Shown in pieces: positions 45,622 through 55,842 of a stretch of 64,000 nucleotides of DNA (the stretch's first letter is position 1; the number at the start of each line of letters is the position of its first letter). A program made the translations under genes and the position numbers. This DNA comes from Anaerolineaceae bacterium (lineage in GTDB: Bacteria > Chloroflexota > Anaerolineae > Anaerolineales > Anaerolineaceae): NCBI GenBank assembly GCA_040769645.1, contig JAXGKP010000002.1, forward strand, positions 10,754 through 74,753. The letters run 5' to 3'. A model generated the notes under the pieces. It saw nothing but the letters and a program-made list of their open reading frames with translations. It was not told the origin of the DNA and did not search any database.

Positions 45622-47012
45622 GCCGCTCCGTCGAGATACTGCTTTACTTCCAGAAAGGTGCTTTGGTCAATCAGATCCTGCGCCTGCAGGCGCTCGAGGA
45701 TCTGGCGCATGCTGAGCACCGCGCGCGCGTTTATCCCCTGAGCCGCGAGCGCGGCCACCCCGCCTTGTTCCCGGTCTACCAGTACCACCGCGTCCCGCAC
45801 GGTCAGACCAGCCGCGCGCAAAGTTTCAGCGGCTGTGAGGATGCTGCCGCCGCTGGTGATAACATCTTCCAGCAGCAGCGCGCGCTGCCCTTGCTGAAAC
45901 ACGCCCTCAACCATCTGCGAGGTGCCGTGCGTTTTAGCTTCTTTACGTGGATAGATCATCGGGCGCTTAAGCCTCGAAGCGGCAATCGCGGCAATAGGCA
46001 GCGCGGCATATGGAACGCCTGCCAGGCAGTCGTAGTCAAGCGAAATCAGCCGGTCAATATAGGCTTCTACCGCCATATCCAGCACATCCGGGTAAGAAAC
46101 CAGGCGGCGCAAATCCAGATAAACGGGCGATCGCTGACCTGACGCCAGGGTGAAGCTGCCAAACTTAACGCAGCCAGATGAGAACAAACCGTTAACCAGC
46201 GCGCGGAATGGGTCAAGCGGGCTGGGCGTAATCTCCGCGATGGCGGTATTGATTTGTTCGCGCAGGGTTTCCGCGGCTTTTCGCGGTGAAGCGGCAGCAA
46301 TAACGGCGCGGGAGACAGGCACAAGGATGCCTTTTTTATCCGCGCGCAAACCTGCCGTCAAGGCAGTATTTAAGTCCGCTCCCTGCGCCCCGACCCCCGG
46401 CGCCAGGAACCAGGCATCCGGGCAAATCGCGCGCACGCGCTGGAGCGCTTCGGGCTGGGTTGCTCCGATGACCAACCCAATCTGCCCGGGGGAACCCCAG
46501 GTCTGGCTGACCCGGGCGACATATTCATACAGATCCGGCGTGCCGTAGCCTTGTATCTCGTTCGCGGAGGGATTGGAAGTCTGGCACAGAATGAAAGCGA
46601 ACTTTTCCGGATCCGCGAGGAAGGGTTTAATGCTGTCCTGACCAAGGTAAGGGCTGAGGGTTATCGCGTCGGCGTGGAATTGTTCATAGGCGGCGCGGGC
46701 GTAGGCTTGCGCGGTGGAACCGATATCTCCGCGTTTGGCATCCAGCAGGACAGGAATGTCAGAAGCTACTGCCCCGACGGTTTCCTGAAGCGCCCGCAGA
46801 CCGGCTGGTCCGTACTGCTCATAGAATGCCATGTTAGGCTTATAGCCGCAAACAAGGTCGCTGGTTTGTTCAATAACCGCTTTCCCCCAATCCCGCAGGC
46901 GCGTGTAGATATCTCCTGTAGAAGGCAGGAATTCCTCCTGCGGATCCAATCCAATGATGAGCAAACTGCGGTTCTTTTCAACAGCGTGTTCCAGTTTTTC
47001 CAGAAATTTCAT
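45618..47012 (-). CDS. bifunctional OMP decarboxylase (N-terminal) - orotate phosphoribosyltransferase (C-terminal) fusion
   Basis: 464 aa. The N-terminal half is LLIIGLDPQ...[12 protein letters not shown] (type-2 PyrF). The C-terminal half is [19 protein letters not shown]...[12 protein letters not shown] (PyrE PRPP motif). Confidence 0.85.
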   Translation of the reverse strand: MKFLEKLEHAVEKNRSLLIIGLDPQEEFLPSTGDIYTRLRDWGKAVIEQTSDLVCGYKPNMAFYEQYGPAGLRALQETVGAVASDIPVLLDAKRGDIGSTAQAYARAAYEQFHADAITLSPYLGQDSIKPFLADPEKFAFILCQTSNPSANEIQGYGTPDLYEYVARVSQTWGSPGQIGLVIGATQPEALQRVRAICPDAWFLAPGVGAQGADLNTALTAGLRADKKGILVPVSRAVIAAASPRKAAETLREQINTAIAEITPSPLDPFRALVNGLFSSGCVKFGSFTLASGQRSPVYLDLRRLVSYPDVLDMAVEAYIDRLISLDYDCLAGVPYAALPIAAIAASRLKRPMIYPRKEAKTHGTSQMVEGVFQQGQRALLLEDVITSGGSILTAAETLRAAGLTVRDAVVLVDREQGGVAALAAQGINARAVLSMRQILERLQAQDLIDQSTFLEVKQYLDGAA

Positions 47013-47124
47013 TTTGCCTCCTGTCGCGCGGGGCGCTGAATGCTTTATATCAGCAGTATAAACCGGTTGGCATCGTTTTCCGCTTTTTAGCGGTTACCTA
47101 ATCGGAGAAACGCTTCCGCTTTGG

Positions 47125-48120
47125 TCAAGCTTGACCTAAAACGGCTGCCAGGAGCGCCATGCGGATGTACAGGCCGTTTTGCACCTGACGAAAGTACGCG
47201 GCGCGCGGGTCGCGGTCTACCTTATAGTGAATTTCGCCAACGCGCGGCAGGGGATGCATCACAACCATCTTTTGTTTAGCGCGTTCCATCAGCTCGGGGG
47301 TAATCTCGAAGTAGTTTTTAACTTCCTCATACTGCGCCAGGTCCGTAAAGCGCTCTTTTTGAATGCGGGTCACATAAAGCACGTCCGCGTTTTCAATCAC
47401 GTCTGCCACCTTGTTGGTCTCGCGGACTTTCACGCCTTTGTCTATCAGGTCATTCATCAGGTCCAAAGGCAGGCGCAATGTGTCGGGGGAAACAAAGCGC
47501 AGGGAAACGTCGTATTGCGAGAGCAGGCGCGTCAGGCTGTGAACAGTACGCCCGAAGCGCAAGTCACCAACCATCGCGACTTTCAACCCATCCAAAGTGC
47601 CCATCTCGCTCTTGATAGTATACAGGTCCAGCAGGGCCTGGGTGGGGTGTTCGCCCGCGCCGTCACCCGCGTTGATAATCGGCACCTGCACGTATTTTGC
47701 GGCTGTGGCGGAGGAACCAATCTCGGGGTGGCGCAAAACGATGACATCGCAGTACTGCTCGAGGGTAATCATACTGTCAATCAGCGATTCACCTTTGGAG
47801 ACGGATGAAAACTGAATACCTTCGGTGATTGGAATTACCCGGCCGCCCAGACGAACCATCGCGGAGATAAAAGAAGAGCTGGTGCGGGTGCTTGGTTCGT
47901 AAAAGACACAAGCCAGGGTGTAATCCTTGAGCAGGTCGCAAGTACCCCGGCGGCGGCACATACCCATCATTTCATCCGCCCGGTGAAAAATGTAATCGAT
48001 TTCATCCTTGCTGAACTGGCTTACTGAAAGGATATCCTGCTGGTAAAACGGACTCTCGAATTTTGCGGCGCGTTGGTATTTATCCAGCTTGAAGAGAGGT
48101 TCGGGGTTTTCGGTCATCAT
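47125..48120 (-). CDS. pyrB: aspartate carbamoyltransferase catalytic subunit
   Basis: 331 aa with [26 protein letters not shown]. Confidence 0.9.
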   Translation of the reverse strand: MMTENPEPLFKLDKYQRAAKFESPFYQQDILSVSQFSKDEIDYIFHRADEMMGMCRRRGTCDLLKDYTLACVFYEPSTRTSSSFISAMVRLGGRVIPITEGIQFSSVSKGESLIDSMITLEQYCDVIVLRHPEIGSSATAAKYVQVPIINAGDGAGEHPTQALLDLYTIKSEMGTLDGLKVAMVGDLRFGRTVHSLTRLLSQYDVSLRFVSPDTLRLPLDLMNDLIDKGVKVRETNKVADVIENADVLYVTRIQKERFTDLAQYEEVKNYFEITPELMERAKQKMVVMHPLPRVGEIHYKVDRDPRAAYFRQVQNGLYIRMALLAAVLGQA

Positions 48121-48144
48121 GTTGTTTGCTCCAAAGGTGAAAAA

Positions 48145-49197
48145 TTATAATTTTTGATAGTTCAATACAATGCCATCGCGGACGACTTCCCGCCCGCGCA
48201 GTACAACGCGCGTAATTCTGCCGCGCAGGCGCATTCCTTCGAAAGGAGACCAGCCGCATTTGGTGTAGAGTGGGTGTTCCGGGAAAACAAACTCAGCCTC
48301 CGGATCCACCTCTACCCAGGTCTCCGCCTGTTCCGGCAAATTAAAAATCCGGCGCGGGTTGCGCGCGAGCAGCTCCTCCAGGCGGCCGGCGCTCAGGCGG
48401 CCCTGGGCTACAGCTGTCAGCATCAGCGGCAGGGTGGATTCCAAACCCGGGACGCCAGGCGGCGCGCCTTCGGGGCGTTCCTTTTCGGCGCGGGTATGCG
48501 GGGCATGGTCGCTGGCGATACAGTCAACCGTGCTGTTGATGTGCTCCCAGAGCGCGGCCTGGTCGCCGGAAGAAGCCAGGGCAGGGCGCATGTCCCCGTA
48601 GGGTCCAAGCCGGCGGGCATCGTTTTCATTCAGGAACAGGTGGTGCGGTGTGACCTCGCAGGTGACGGGTAAGCCGCGTTCTTTCGCGCGGGCAATCAAT
48701 TCAATTTCGGACCGGCGTGAGACATGACAAAAATGGATGTGCCGGCCGAAAACAGCTGCCAGCGCGATGCCGACCGCGACGGATTCTTCTTCCGCGTGCA
48801 AGCAGATGGGTTTATCAACGTTCCAACCTGCCATAACCTCCTCAAGGGCGTTCAACCCACGCACCCGCAGCGGCCCATAGGTTTGATCCAGGTAGATTTT
48901 GAGGGCTGGAGCGCGCGCGGAAAGAAGGGGCAGCTGATCGAGGTGTTCGGCTGAGGCGCCCGCGTATAAAAAAACATCGCACAGACTTTGCGAAATTGCT
49001 TGGTTCTGTGCGACGCGCCAATAATCCAAACTGACCAGGGGCGGCTGCGTGTTGGGCATTGCCAGGAGGGTGGTGAAACCACCAGCCAGCGCCGCGGCGC
49101 TGCCGGTACGGAAATCCTCTTTATGCTCACCGCCGGGGCTGCGCAGGTGAACATGCACGTCAACCAAGCCCGGTAAAATCATCAGACCGCCTGTCAT
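48145..49197 (-). CDS. pyrC: dihydroorotase (short form)
   Basis: LPGLVDVHVHLR metal-binding motif, ...HAEE..., ...ASDHAPH. 350 aa. Confidence 0.8.
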   Translation of the reverse strand: MTGGLMILPGLVDVHVHLRSPGGEHKEDFRTGSAAALAGGFTTLLAMPNTQPPLVSLDYWRVAQNQAISQSLCDVFLYAGASAEHLDQLPLLSARAPALKIYLDQTYGPLRVRGLNALEEVMAGWNVDKPICLHAEEESVAVGIALAAVFGRHIHFCHVSRRSEIELIARAKERGLPVTCEVTPHHLFLNENDARRLGPYGDMRPALASSGDQAALWEHINSTVDCIASDHAPHTRAEKERPEGAPPGVPGLESTLPLMLTAVAQGRLSAGRLEELLARNPRRIFNLPEQAETWVEVDPEAEFVFPEHPLYTKCGWSPFEGMRLRGRITRVVLRGREVVRDGIVLNYQKL

Positions 49198-49417
49198 TAA
49201 ACTAATAAATTATACGAACGCAAGCGCTCTTCCGTCAAGTATTTTTGCCCGTGGATTTGTGCGCAGGTCAGCAGAGCGCATACACTTTATGAATTGGACC
49301 GATAAAGGATGCCGCACCTGATGTCCGGGGTTATGGGGGGTATCAGGTGAGGATATCGCGGTGTAAATTGATTAAAGAAATCAACCGACGATGGAACAGC
49401 GGCGGTGTCCGTCAATT

Positions 49418-52400
49418 TCAAGCATGTCCCATTAATTCAGTAAACAGCGTCTGGGTCTCCGCCGAAACCCCACTGCCAATTTCCCGGTTCAGGGTTTGCT
49501 GGCACTGCTGAAAAACTTGCAGCACGCTGCCCGGGTTTCCCATCCGGTGGTGAATGAGCATCAGACTGCGGTATGCCGGCTCCCAGAGCGCGTCCCGGCT
49601 GAGCAGAGTCCGGCTGTAGTTCAGCGCTTTCTCCCATTCATCGGACTTTATCGCGACCTGAATTAGCTGGTCCATCGTGTGCAGATAACGCTCGTGGTAA
49701 TACTGCCCTTCCGCGACAAAATATTGCCCGACTGCCTCGTTCTCAAAATAGCGCCCATGGTAGAGCTGGACGGCTGATTCCAGCAAGCTCGTGACCCCCG
49801 ACCGGCTAAGTTGGTCAAAGCGTACGGCATCGATGCTGATGCCAGCATTCGGGTTGAGCATATATTGGCTTCCGCGCCGCAGAACGAACACCGGCTTTTT
49901 CCCTTCCGGCCTGTCCGGTTCGAGCGCCTGATTCAGACTGCTAAGAGTTACCTTCAGATTATTTGAGGCGGTGGCTGGTTCTGCGTCGGGCCAGAGGAAC
50001 AGGGTCAGTTGGTCGCGGCTCAACCACCTGCCAGCGTTGCCAACCAGAATCTGCAGAAGCTGGCGCGCTTTTTCCCGCTTCCAGTCGGCGGTATCCAATA
50101 GTTTACTGCCGCGCCAGACGGAAAATTCGCCGAAAGTTCTGATGCGCAGGGTGTAACCCGGGTGATAATCCAGGTTTTCTGCTCCGATTTCCTCCAGAAT
50201 TTGCTGCGTGAGGGCTGGTTGAATTCCCTGCAGCCTGGCTTGCAGCAATAGTGGCAAAAAGACCATCGGGTTATCCCCGCCGAGCATGGTTGGTTTTGTC
50301 AGCAAGAATTGATAATGATGCTGATTGATCAGCGCCAATCCTTGTTCCAGGTAAAGCCACAGCGAGCTTTCGTAGCCCTGATGGAGCGAACAGTACCCCA
50401 ACCACAACAGCGCGGCCGACCGGGAGAGGTCATCGCCCGCGCGGGCGGCAATCGATTCCGCGATTGAAAGCTCCAGATTGGCAGCCTCATATTGACCGGA
50501 TAGCGCCAGACTGGCTCCCAGCGAGAGCCGGACCAACATGCCTATCCAGATATCCCCGGAACTGTTGGCGATGGAAAGAGCTTGCTCCGCGACTTTGCGG
50601 GCCTCTTCCTGCCGGCCGGAAAAGCCAAGCAGGCGGCACATTCCCCATAGGGGTTCCACATGGATGCGGGCGATATCCACACCAACCATGGATTCCTGGT
50701 ACAGGCTGATGATTTTCTTATACTCATGCTCATCTTCGTCAAACGAGCGGCTAAGCTGGAGCGCGTGTCCGAGGCGCATAAAGCCGACGCTGCGCACAAA
50801 CACAGACCGGTAGTGATGCCCGAGTTCAATTCCGCGCCGTGCATAGTTGAGGGCGATATCAGGTTCGCCGCAGAATGAATAGAACAATGAGAGCAAGAGT
50901 GAGGCCTCACGGTGAAACCGCTGTGGTCGGCTCATTTGATCAAAATCGGCTGTGGGTTCCAGCTTTTGCAGGAGCTCTATGCCTTCGGGGATGCGTCCGG
51001 TGCGCAAAAACAGGCGCGCCTGGATGAAATCGTTTTCATCTGAATCGCCGTGTGAAAGCTCCCTGGAACGCTGCAGGCTTTGCTCCGCCTGTTCCATATC
51101 GCCCTGGTTAACCTGATTCTCTGCCATCTGCGTCAGCAATTCCGCCACCTCCAGCCGGTTCTCCGCCGGATCCAGAAGGGCAAGCGCGCGGTGTAAAAGC
51201 TGGTTGGCATTGATTGGTCGGATAGTGTCCAGATAGACTTGCGCTTGCCCGCGCAGGGCAAGGCTGATGCCCCATTGGTGGTTGTCCCGCTGATAAGCAC
51301 GCTGGGCGGTGCGATAATCCTCCAGCGCGAGTTCAAAGAAACCGTTGTATCGGTTCACTTCGCCCAGGAGGAAGTTCACGTAAGGGTACAAAGCCCGCTG
51401 GGATTCCGGAAACTGTTCAATCCAATAGCGCAGGCTTTCATGGCGGTTTGTGAGAATAAAATCCTTCCCGACGTTTTCCAGAATGAGATTAATTTGCGGA
51501 TAGTCCCCAACCTTCAGGAGATGCCCGACAGCGCTTTCCCAATATTGATGCGCGGCGAAGTAGCTGCCAATTTTCCGGTGCAGCTCGCGCTCCAGGCCGG
51601 CATTTTTACTCAGACGGCTCTCCAGAAACTCCCGGAACATATGGTGATAACGATAAACCCCCGGGCGCAGCTGCTCCAAAAACAGACCTGAGCGGTAAAG
51701 CTCGTTCAGGATGTCAATGCTGTTCTGGCTGTCCATCAGAAAATCACAGGTTTCGGTATCCAGGAATGACAGGATAGAGGTTCTGACCAGAAAATTCTGG
51801 TACGCGGGCGCCTGGTTTTCCAGCACTTCCTCCGCCAGATAGGCAAAAAGGTTTTTGCGCGATTCGCTTTCCTCTCTAAGCGTTTCCATAACCGTCCCCT
51901 GCGTTTGCCCCTTGATGGACTGCCAGACCATCTGCAAACCGATAACCCAACCCTCCGTGCGTTGGATGAGCTGTTCCACTTCTTCCTGGCTTAGCTGCAG
52001 TTGATATTGGGAATGGAACAGCGTTTCCACTTCTTCGGGGGTGAAGGTCAGCTCGCGCTTGCCGAGTTCGAGCACGGTGCCCTTGGCGCGCCAGCGATGA
52101 ATGGAAGGGAAGTCGAGCGCGCGGCGCGTGGAGAGGATGACATGTAAAGAACGGGGCAAATGATCGATAAACCAGTTCAGCAGGTTCAGAATTGCCGGGG
52201 AATTATCAATGTATTGCACATCGTCCAAAATCAGGAGGCAGCGGTCGGGTATCCGGTTGGCAATCGCGTTCACGAGCGCGATAAGTCCATCCGTAGGTTC
52301 CGAATCTGGCGTGTTCAGGATGCGCAGAGCTTCCGCACCCATTCCATAGGAATGCTGATTGAAGGCTGTATAGAGGTTCATCAGGAACAAGGTAGGGTCG

Positions 52401-52624
52401 CGGTCATCGGCAGACACGGAAAACCAAAAAACCGGGAAATCTAATGGTTCAATGAACGTCAGCAGAGAGGTGCTTTTGCCGTAGCCTGTACCGGCCTGAA
52501 GGATGGTAAGCGGGTATTGCAGAGAGCCGCTCAGCAGCGAGGTGACGCGCTCCCGGGGGAGGATGTTTGAGCGCTGCGCGGGCGGCGCCAGCCGGCTGAG
52601 GATGATAAGGCTGCGGTTGCTCAT
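49418..52624 (-). CDS. STAND (MalT-like) NTPase - TPR - C-terminal winged-helix/BTAD transcriptional regulator
   Basis: 1068 aa. Walker A GTGYGKST and Walker B LILDDVQ, then long TPR-like helical repeats. The C-terminus has IRTFGEFSVWRGSKLL (OmpR-type wHTH) plus a BTAD segment (WEPAYRSLMLIHHRMGNPGSVLQVFQQCQQTL). Confidence 0.8.
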   Translation of the reverse strand: MSNRSLIILSRLAPPAQRSNILPRERVTSLLSGSLQYPLTILQAGTGYGKSTSLLTFIEPLDFPVFWFSVSADDRDPTLFLMNLYTAFNQHSYGMGAEALRILNTPDSEPTDGLIALVNAIANRIPDRCLLILDDVQYIDNSPAILNLLNWFIDHLPRSLHVILSTRRALDFPSIHRWRAKGTVLELGKRELTFTPEEVETLFHSQYQLQLSQEEVEQLIQRTEGWVIGLQMVWQSIKGQTQGTVMETLREESESRKNLFAYLAEEVLENQAPAYQNFLVRTSILSFLDTETCDFLMDSQNSIDILNELYRSGLFLEQLRPGVYRYHHMFREFLESRLSKNAGLERELHRKIGSYFAAHQYWESAVGHLLKVGDYPQINLILENVGKDFILTNRHESLRYWIEQFPESQRALYPYVNFLLGEVNRYNGFFELALEDYRTAQRAYQRDNHQWGISLALRGQAQVYLDTIRPINANQLLHRALALLDPAENRLEVAELLTQMAENQVNQGDMEQAEQSLQRSRELSHGDSDENDFIQARLFLRTGRIPEGIELLQKLEPTADFDQMSRPQRFHREASLLLSLFYSFCGEPDIALNYARRGIELGHHYRSVFVRSVGFMRLGHALQLSRSFDEDEHEYKKIISLYQESMVGVDIARIHVEPLWGMCRLLGFSGRQEEARKVAEQALSIANSSGDIWIGMLVRLSLGASLALSGQYEAANLELSIAESIAARAGDDLSRSAALLWLGYCSLHQGYESSLWLYLEQGLALINQHHYQFLLTKPTMLGGDNPMVFLPLLLQARLQGIQPALTQQILEEIGAENLDYHPGYTLRIRTFGEFSVWRGSKLLDTADWKREKARQLLQILVGNAGRWLSRDQLTLFLWPDAEPATASNNLKVTLSSLNQALEPDRPEGKKPVFVLRRGSQYMLNPNAGISIDAVRFDQLSRSGVTSLLESAVQLYHGRYFENEAVGQYFVAEGQYYHERYLHTMDQLIQVAIKSDEWEKALNYSRTLLSRDALWEPAYRSLMLIHHRMGNPGSVLQVFQQCQQTLNREIGSGVSAETQTLFTELMGHA

Positions 52625-52881
52625 GGCCTTATTTTACCAGCCAGAGAAGCCTGCTTCCTGAACTGAAAAACTCCATTTGTCGGGTTTAGTTGACTCAGGC
52701 GCGAAAAAACAAAAGAACACTAACTTTTTCCGGCGGTCTCTGAGGAGAACGATTTTACTGATGGGCATCGGCAGATGACACACCATCAAGAAAGTTGTTA
52801 TTTCGGAAATGAAAAATCAACAAAAACTGCCGGATGGGCGTTTCACATCCGGCAGTTGGTCTTGATGCTTGGTTTGCGCGT

Positions 52882-53103
52882 TTATTTCTTTTGGTTGATT
52901 TCAGCCAGAACCTTGGTGACAATCTCACTGGTCAGCCCGGCGCTTTTGGCTTGAGGCAGCTCCAACAGGGACTGCAGCGTTTTGCCCTTTGCCAGCAGTA
53001 CCAGCGGATTTTTGCTTATTCCGGGCACGTAACGTTCAACCACTTCCACTGCGTGGGGGTCTTTTAATAAATCGCCAACTTTGGATAAAAGTGTGTAAAC
53101 CAT
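52882..53103 (-). CDS. small hypothetical protein (73 aa)
   Basis: AAGGAGAAG RBS and clean helical-looking sequence. No family recognised. Confidence 0.5.
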   Translation of the reverse strand: MVYTLLSKVGDLLKDPHAVEVVERYVPGISKNPLVLLAKGKTLQSLLELPQAKSAGLTSEIVTKVLAEINQKK

Positions 53104-53603
53104 GCTTCTCCTTATCTCTAATTTGTGCCATTGTAACGTATTCCAAGAGCCTTCCGAAAGAACGTACTACCCTCACACGCGCTTCACAAGCTATGGGGTA
53201 GGGCAAACCAACTAAAAACTCAGCTTTACGTCCTGTTCTGTTGGCTCCTAGAAAATGTGAATTTCCCCCGGTGTTTTGCGGCGGCCCTGAAAGGGTGCGG
53301 ATGCAGGCAAACCCGGGCTTTTCCCGTGCCGCTTTGCTACTCGCGATAACATCTTCCACCCTGGCTCCTTTAGGTCAATCTAACCCGGCTCTGACATAAG
53401 AACACCTGTTTCGCCTGTCAAACTATTCAGGGCGGTCATGGAGCGCGATTTGGCTCTGTCAAATATATACACAAAAAAAGGAAACTGATGCATTATTCGC
53501 GGAAAGCCTCAGGGATTAGGCGGCGTGAATCCACCCTCCCTGATGTGGGTGCTTCACCCAGGACAACATTATACAATTCAGCTGGTTTAATTAAAATAAA
53601 CTA

Positions 53604-53632
53604 TTGACTTTCATCCGCATTAGTTCTATGAT
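53604..53632 (+). promoter_or_regulatory. candidate promoter for the paralog pair
   Basis: TTGACT, 17 nt, TATGAT in a strongly AT-rich stretch. It would give a leader of about 150 nt. Confidence 0.35.
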
Positions 53633-53788
53633 GTATATTATTAACTGACAGTTTATTGTCCTTCGTTCGAGTTAGTAATTTATTGCCTACTTATTGTTAA
53701 GCACGCATTATTTGAGTTCAGTTTAGCAATTCCGACTCGTACACAAAAAGCCGGATTGCGATGACCTACTTAGAATATCGGAGGAAAA

Positions 53789-54532
53789 ATGTCAGCAAAG
53801 CGAATTTGGATTTTGATCGCGTCCGTGGTAATCCTGGGGGCATTGACAGTAGTCACTGTCATGGCAAATCCGTTCTCACAAGCATCCAGTGAGGATGGGG
53901 TGGTTACCCAAGAATGGAAAGGCGTTGTGGATACCGTAATCGGCGATGACCCCGACGAGAACGGCTACACAGGCCCAGTTATTAACAGCTCAGGTGTTGA
54001 GGTTCTTTCAGAGGGAACGAACGACCTGGAAACCTTGCCCGCTCAACCTGGAAACGAAGGTGAAATTCGCCCGGACGAAATCCAACCCCTGACATTGGAA
54101 GCTGAACCGCAGTGGACTGGTTTCTACTATGATTACTCTGCCGGCTCGACGATGCGCCCGCGCAGCAGTCTGACCAATTGGGCTTATAGCGGTGGAGGCT
54201 GTATTTATCCCCCAAAAGGCGGTGAGCTGTTCACCCTACCACTTAATCTGCCCCAAGGAGCCCGCATAGATTACCTGAGGCTCTTATTTTATAACAGCTC
54301 TGTCCTAGGCCATGTCCAGGCTTGGATCACTACCTATGACGGCGCTGGTGGTATCACTGATTTAATCTCAGTTACATCCAGTGGCACCGCCGGTTATGGC
54401 TTTGTCGTTAGCAACTATTTGGGGCACGTGGTGGACAATGTGAATAACGCCTATGTTCTGAATGTGGACTTCGGAGTTAATGATGCCAGCAATAGACTCT
54501 GCGGCCTGCGCGTAGCTTATATGTTGCCCTAG
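53789..54532 (+). CDS. exported/membrane-anchored hypothetical protein, paralog 1
   Basis: GGAGGAAAAATG. N-terminal hydrophobic helix WILIASVVILGALTVVTVMA. The C-terminal roughly 130 aa align with the next gene (ARIDYLRLLFYN...AWITTYDGAGGITDLISVTSSGTAGYG...HVVDN...YVLN...RLCGLRVAYMLP). Confidence 0.7.
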   Translation: MSAKRIWILIASVVILGALTVVTVMANPFSQASSEDGVVTQEWKGVVDTVIGDDPDENGYTGPVINSSGVEVLSEGTNDLETLPAQPGNEGEIRPDEIQPLTLEAEPQWTGFYYDYSAGSTMRPRSSLTNWAYSGGGCIYPPKGGELFTLPLNLPQGARIDYLRLLFYNSSVLGHVQAWITTYDGAGGITDLISVTSSGTAGYGFVVSNYLGHVVDNVNNAYVLNVDFGVNDASNRLCGLRVAYMLP

Positions 54533-54570
54533 GTCTGGTTCACATTACCTGGAAAAGGATGAGGTGAACC

Positions 54571-55155
54571 ATGAAACAGACAACACACGGAACACAACGG
54601 GTGGGATGGCGGATACTGGTAGTCGGGATTTTGCTGGCAGTCCTGCTGAACGCTGTTCCAACTGGTACGGTCAGCGCATCGCTGACCTCTTATGAGATAT
54701 TCTCTCTTCAGATCCATTTGCCGGAAGGGGCTCGCATTGAATGGCTGCGGCTGTATTTTTATGACAGCAACCCTTCCGTGGACAGCATTGCCTGGATTAC
54801 CACTTATGATGGAGCGGGAACCACAACTGACTTGATCAATGTTACATCGTCCGGGTCCGGTGGGTACGGCCAGGCGCTCAGCGCCTATTTCGAGCATGTT
54901 GTGGATAACGAAGCGGCAACGTATGTGCTTAACTGGCGGCCGATGGTATTTGATTCGAGTATGCGTTTGATGGGTATGCGCGTCGCATATCGACTGCCTG
55001 ACGGGGCTGGCGGTTGGTCAGCAGCTTACAGTTACTTGCATGTAGCGGGGTGTACCTTTACCCCGCGTTCCAGCAGCGCGGAATGGCGGTATCCAGGAGG
55101 TGGTGGAGTGTATGCCACCAGTTGGGATCACTTCCTGCCCTTCCTGAGGAAGTAA
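54571..55155 (+). CDS. exported/membrane-anchored hypothetical protein, paralog 2
   Basis: GAGGTG RBS and N-terminal helix ILVVGILLAVLLNAV. ARIEWLRLYFYD...AWITTYDGAGTTTDLINVTSSGSGGYG...HVVDN...YVLN...RLMGMRVAYRLP, followed by a segment matching the N-terminal part of paralog 1. Confidence 0.7.
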   Translation: MKQTTHGTQRVGWRILVVGILLAVLLNAVPTGTVSASLTSYEIFSLQIHLPEGARIEWLRLYFYDSNPSVDSIAWITTYDGAGTTTDLINVTSSGSGGYGQALSAYFEHVVDNEAATYVLNWRPMVFDSSMRLMGMRVAYRLPDGAGGWSAAYSYLHVAGCTFTPRSSSAEWRYPGGGGVYATSWDHFLPFLRK

Positions 55156-55223
55156 AATTTCCCGGAAGAACCGAAAGCGCTTTGTCAGGCTTTTTGGTTG
55201 TCAGTTGGAATTCGATGAATGAA

Positions 55224-55255
55224 AAAACAGCGGTCCGCAACAGGACCGCTGTTTT
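55224..55255. terminator. terminator after the paralog pair
   Basis: AAAACAGCGGTCC-GCAACA-GGACCGCTGTTTT, a 13-bp stem including the A/T run. Confidence 0.75.
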
Positions 55256-55345
55256 CATCAGGGTTCCCTGCAATTCCGTCAGCGCGCCGCTTAAGACCAA
55301 GCGCGGGGGTATGTTTCGTATAAAATAGATACAAAGGAGCTTGTA

Positions 55346-55585
55346 ATGGCGATAATCATTGTCATATCGGTCCTGGTCCTCAGTATGTTCAGCTCATTAC
55401 CCTTTCAGGCGGACCCCAACGGCTTGCCTTGGTGCGGCTGGGCTCTGCTTGGCTTTCTGGCAGCCATAGCGCTCAGCCTGGCCCTCAAGAAGCAAGCACC
55501 GGAAGGACATACCTTGCATCCGGGAACAGAAGAAGCCAAGGCGGAAGGTCAGACGGAGGATAATGAACGCGCTGACCGGTTGTAG
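55346..55585 (+). CDS. small membrane protein (79 aa)
   Basis: AAAGGAG RBS, two hydrophobic helices, then an acidic/lysine-rich tail. Confidence 0.5.
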   Translation: MAIIIVISVLVLSMFSSLPFQADPNGLPWCGWALLGFLAAIALSLALKKQAPEGHTLHPGTEEAKAEGQTEDNERADRL

Positions 55586-55842
55586 CAAGCCAAGGCGTTG
55601 GTTGATGAGAACCCAGGAAAGATACTGAACGACCAAACCGGGGGAGCTTCCCCTGAAGAGGGCAAAGGTAAAACAACGGACAATGCCCCGGGCGCAGAAA
55701 CGGGAGAAGGGGGTTAAGTCCGGCTCCTGGGCATTTGTACAAACTCCCAGGCGGCAGGTCATTGGTTTTCCGCCTGGTTTTCTTTATAATTCGTCAGCAC
55801 TTGGAACCGAAGCGGTGATGCGGCACAAAGTGCTGTATTTTT

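Noticed and set aside
44636-45741. Two long plus-strand ORFs (359 and 357 aa) overlapping pyrD
   Set aside because: Their translations are Ala/Arg/Pro/Ser-rich low-complexity strings, typical of antisense frames in GC-rich genes. The minus frame gives an unmistakable class 1B PyrD.
49300-49350. Hairpin CACCTGAT...ATCAGGTG upstream of pyrC as a PyrR-type attenuator
   Set aside because: The loop lacks the PyrR-binding consensus (ARUCCAGAGAGG) and no pyrR gene is present in the operon. It more likely acts as the terminator region of the convergently ending regulator gene, or has no function.
53180-53260. c-di-GMP-I (GEMM)-like words GGGCAAACC and, on the other strand, GGACGUAAAGC
   Set aside because: The two words lie on opposite strands and in the wrong order for a GEMM-I fold. 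This is probably coincidence.
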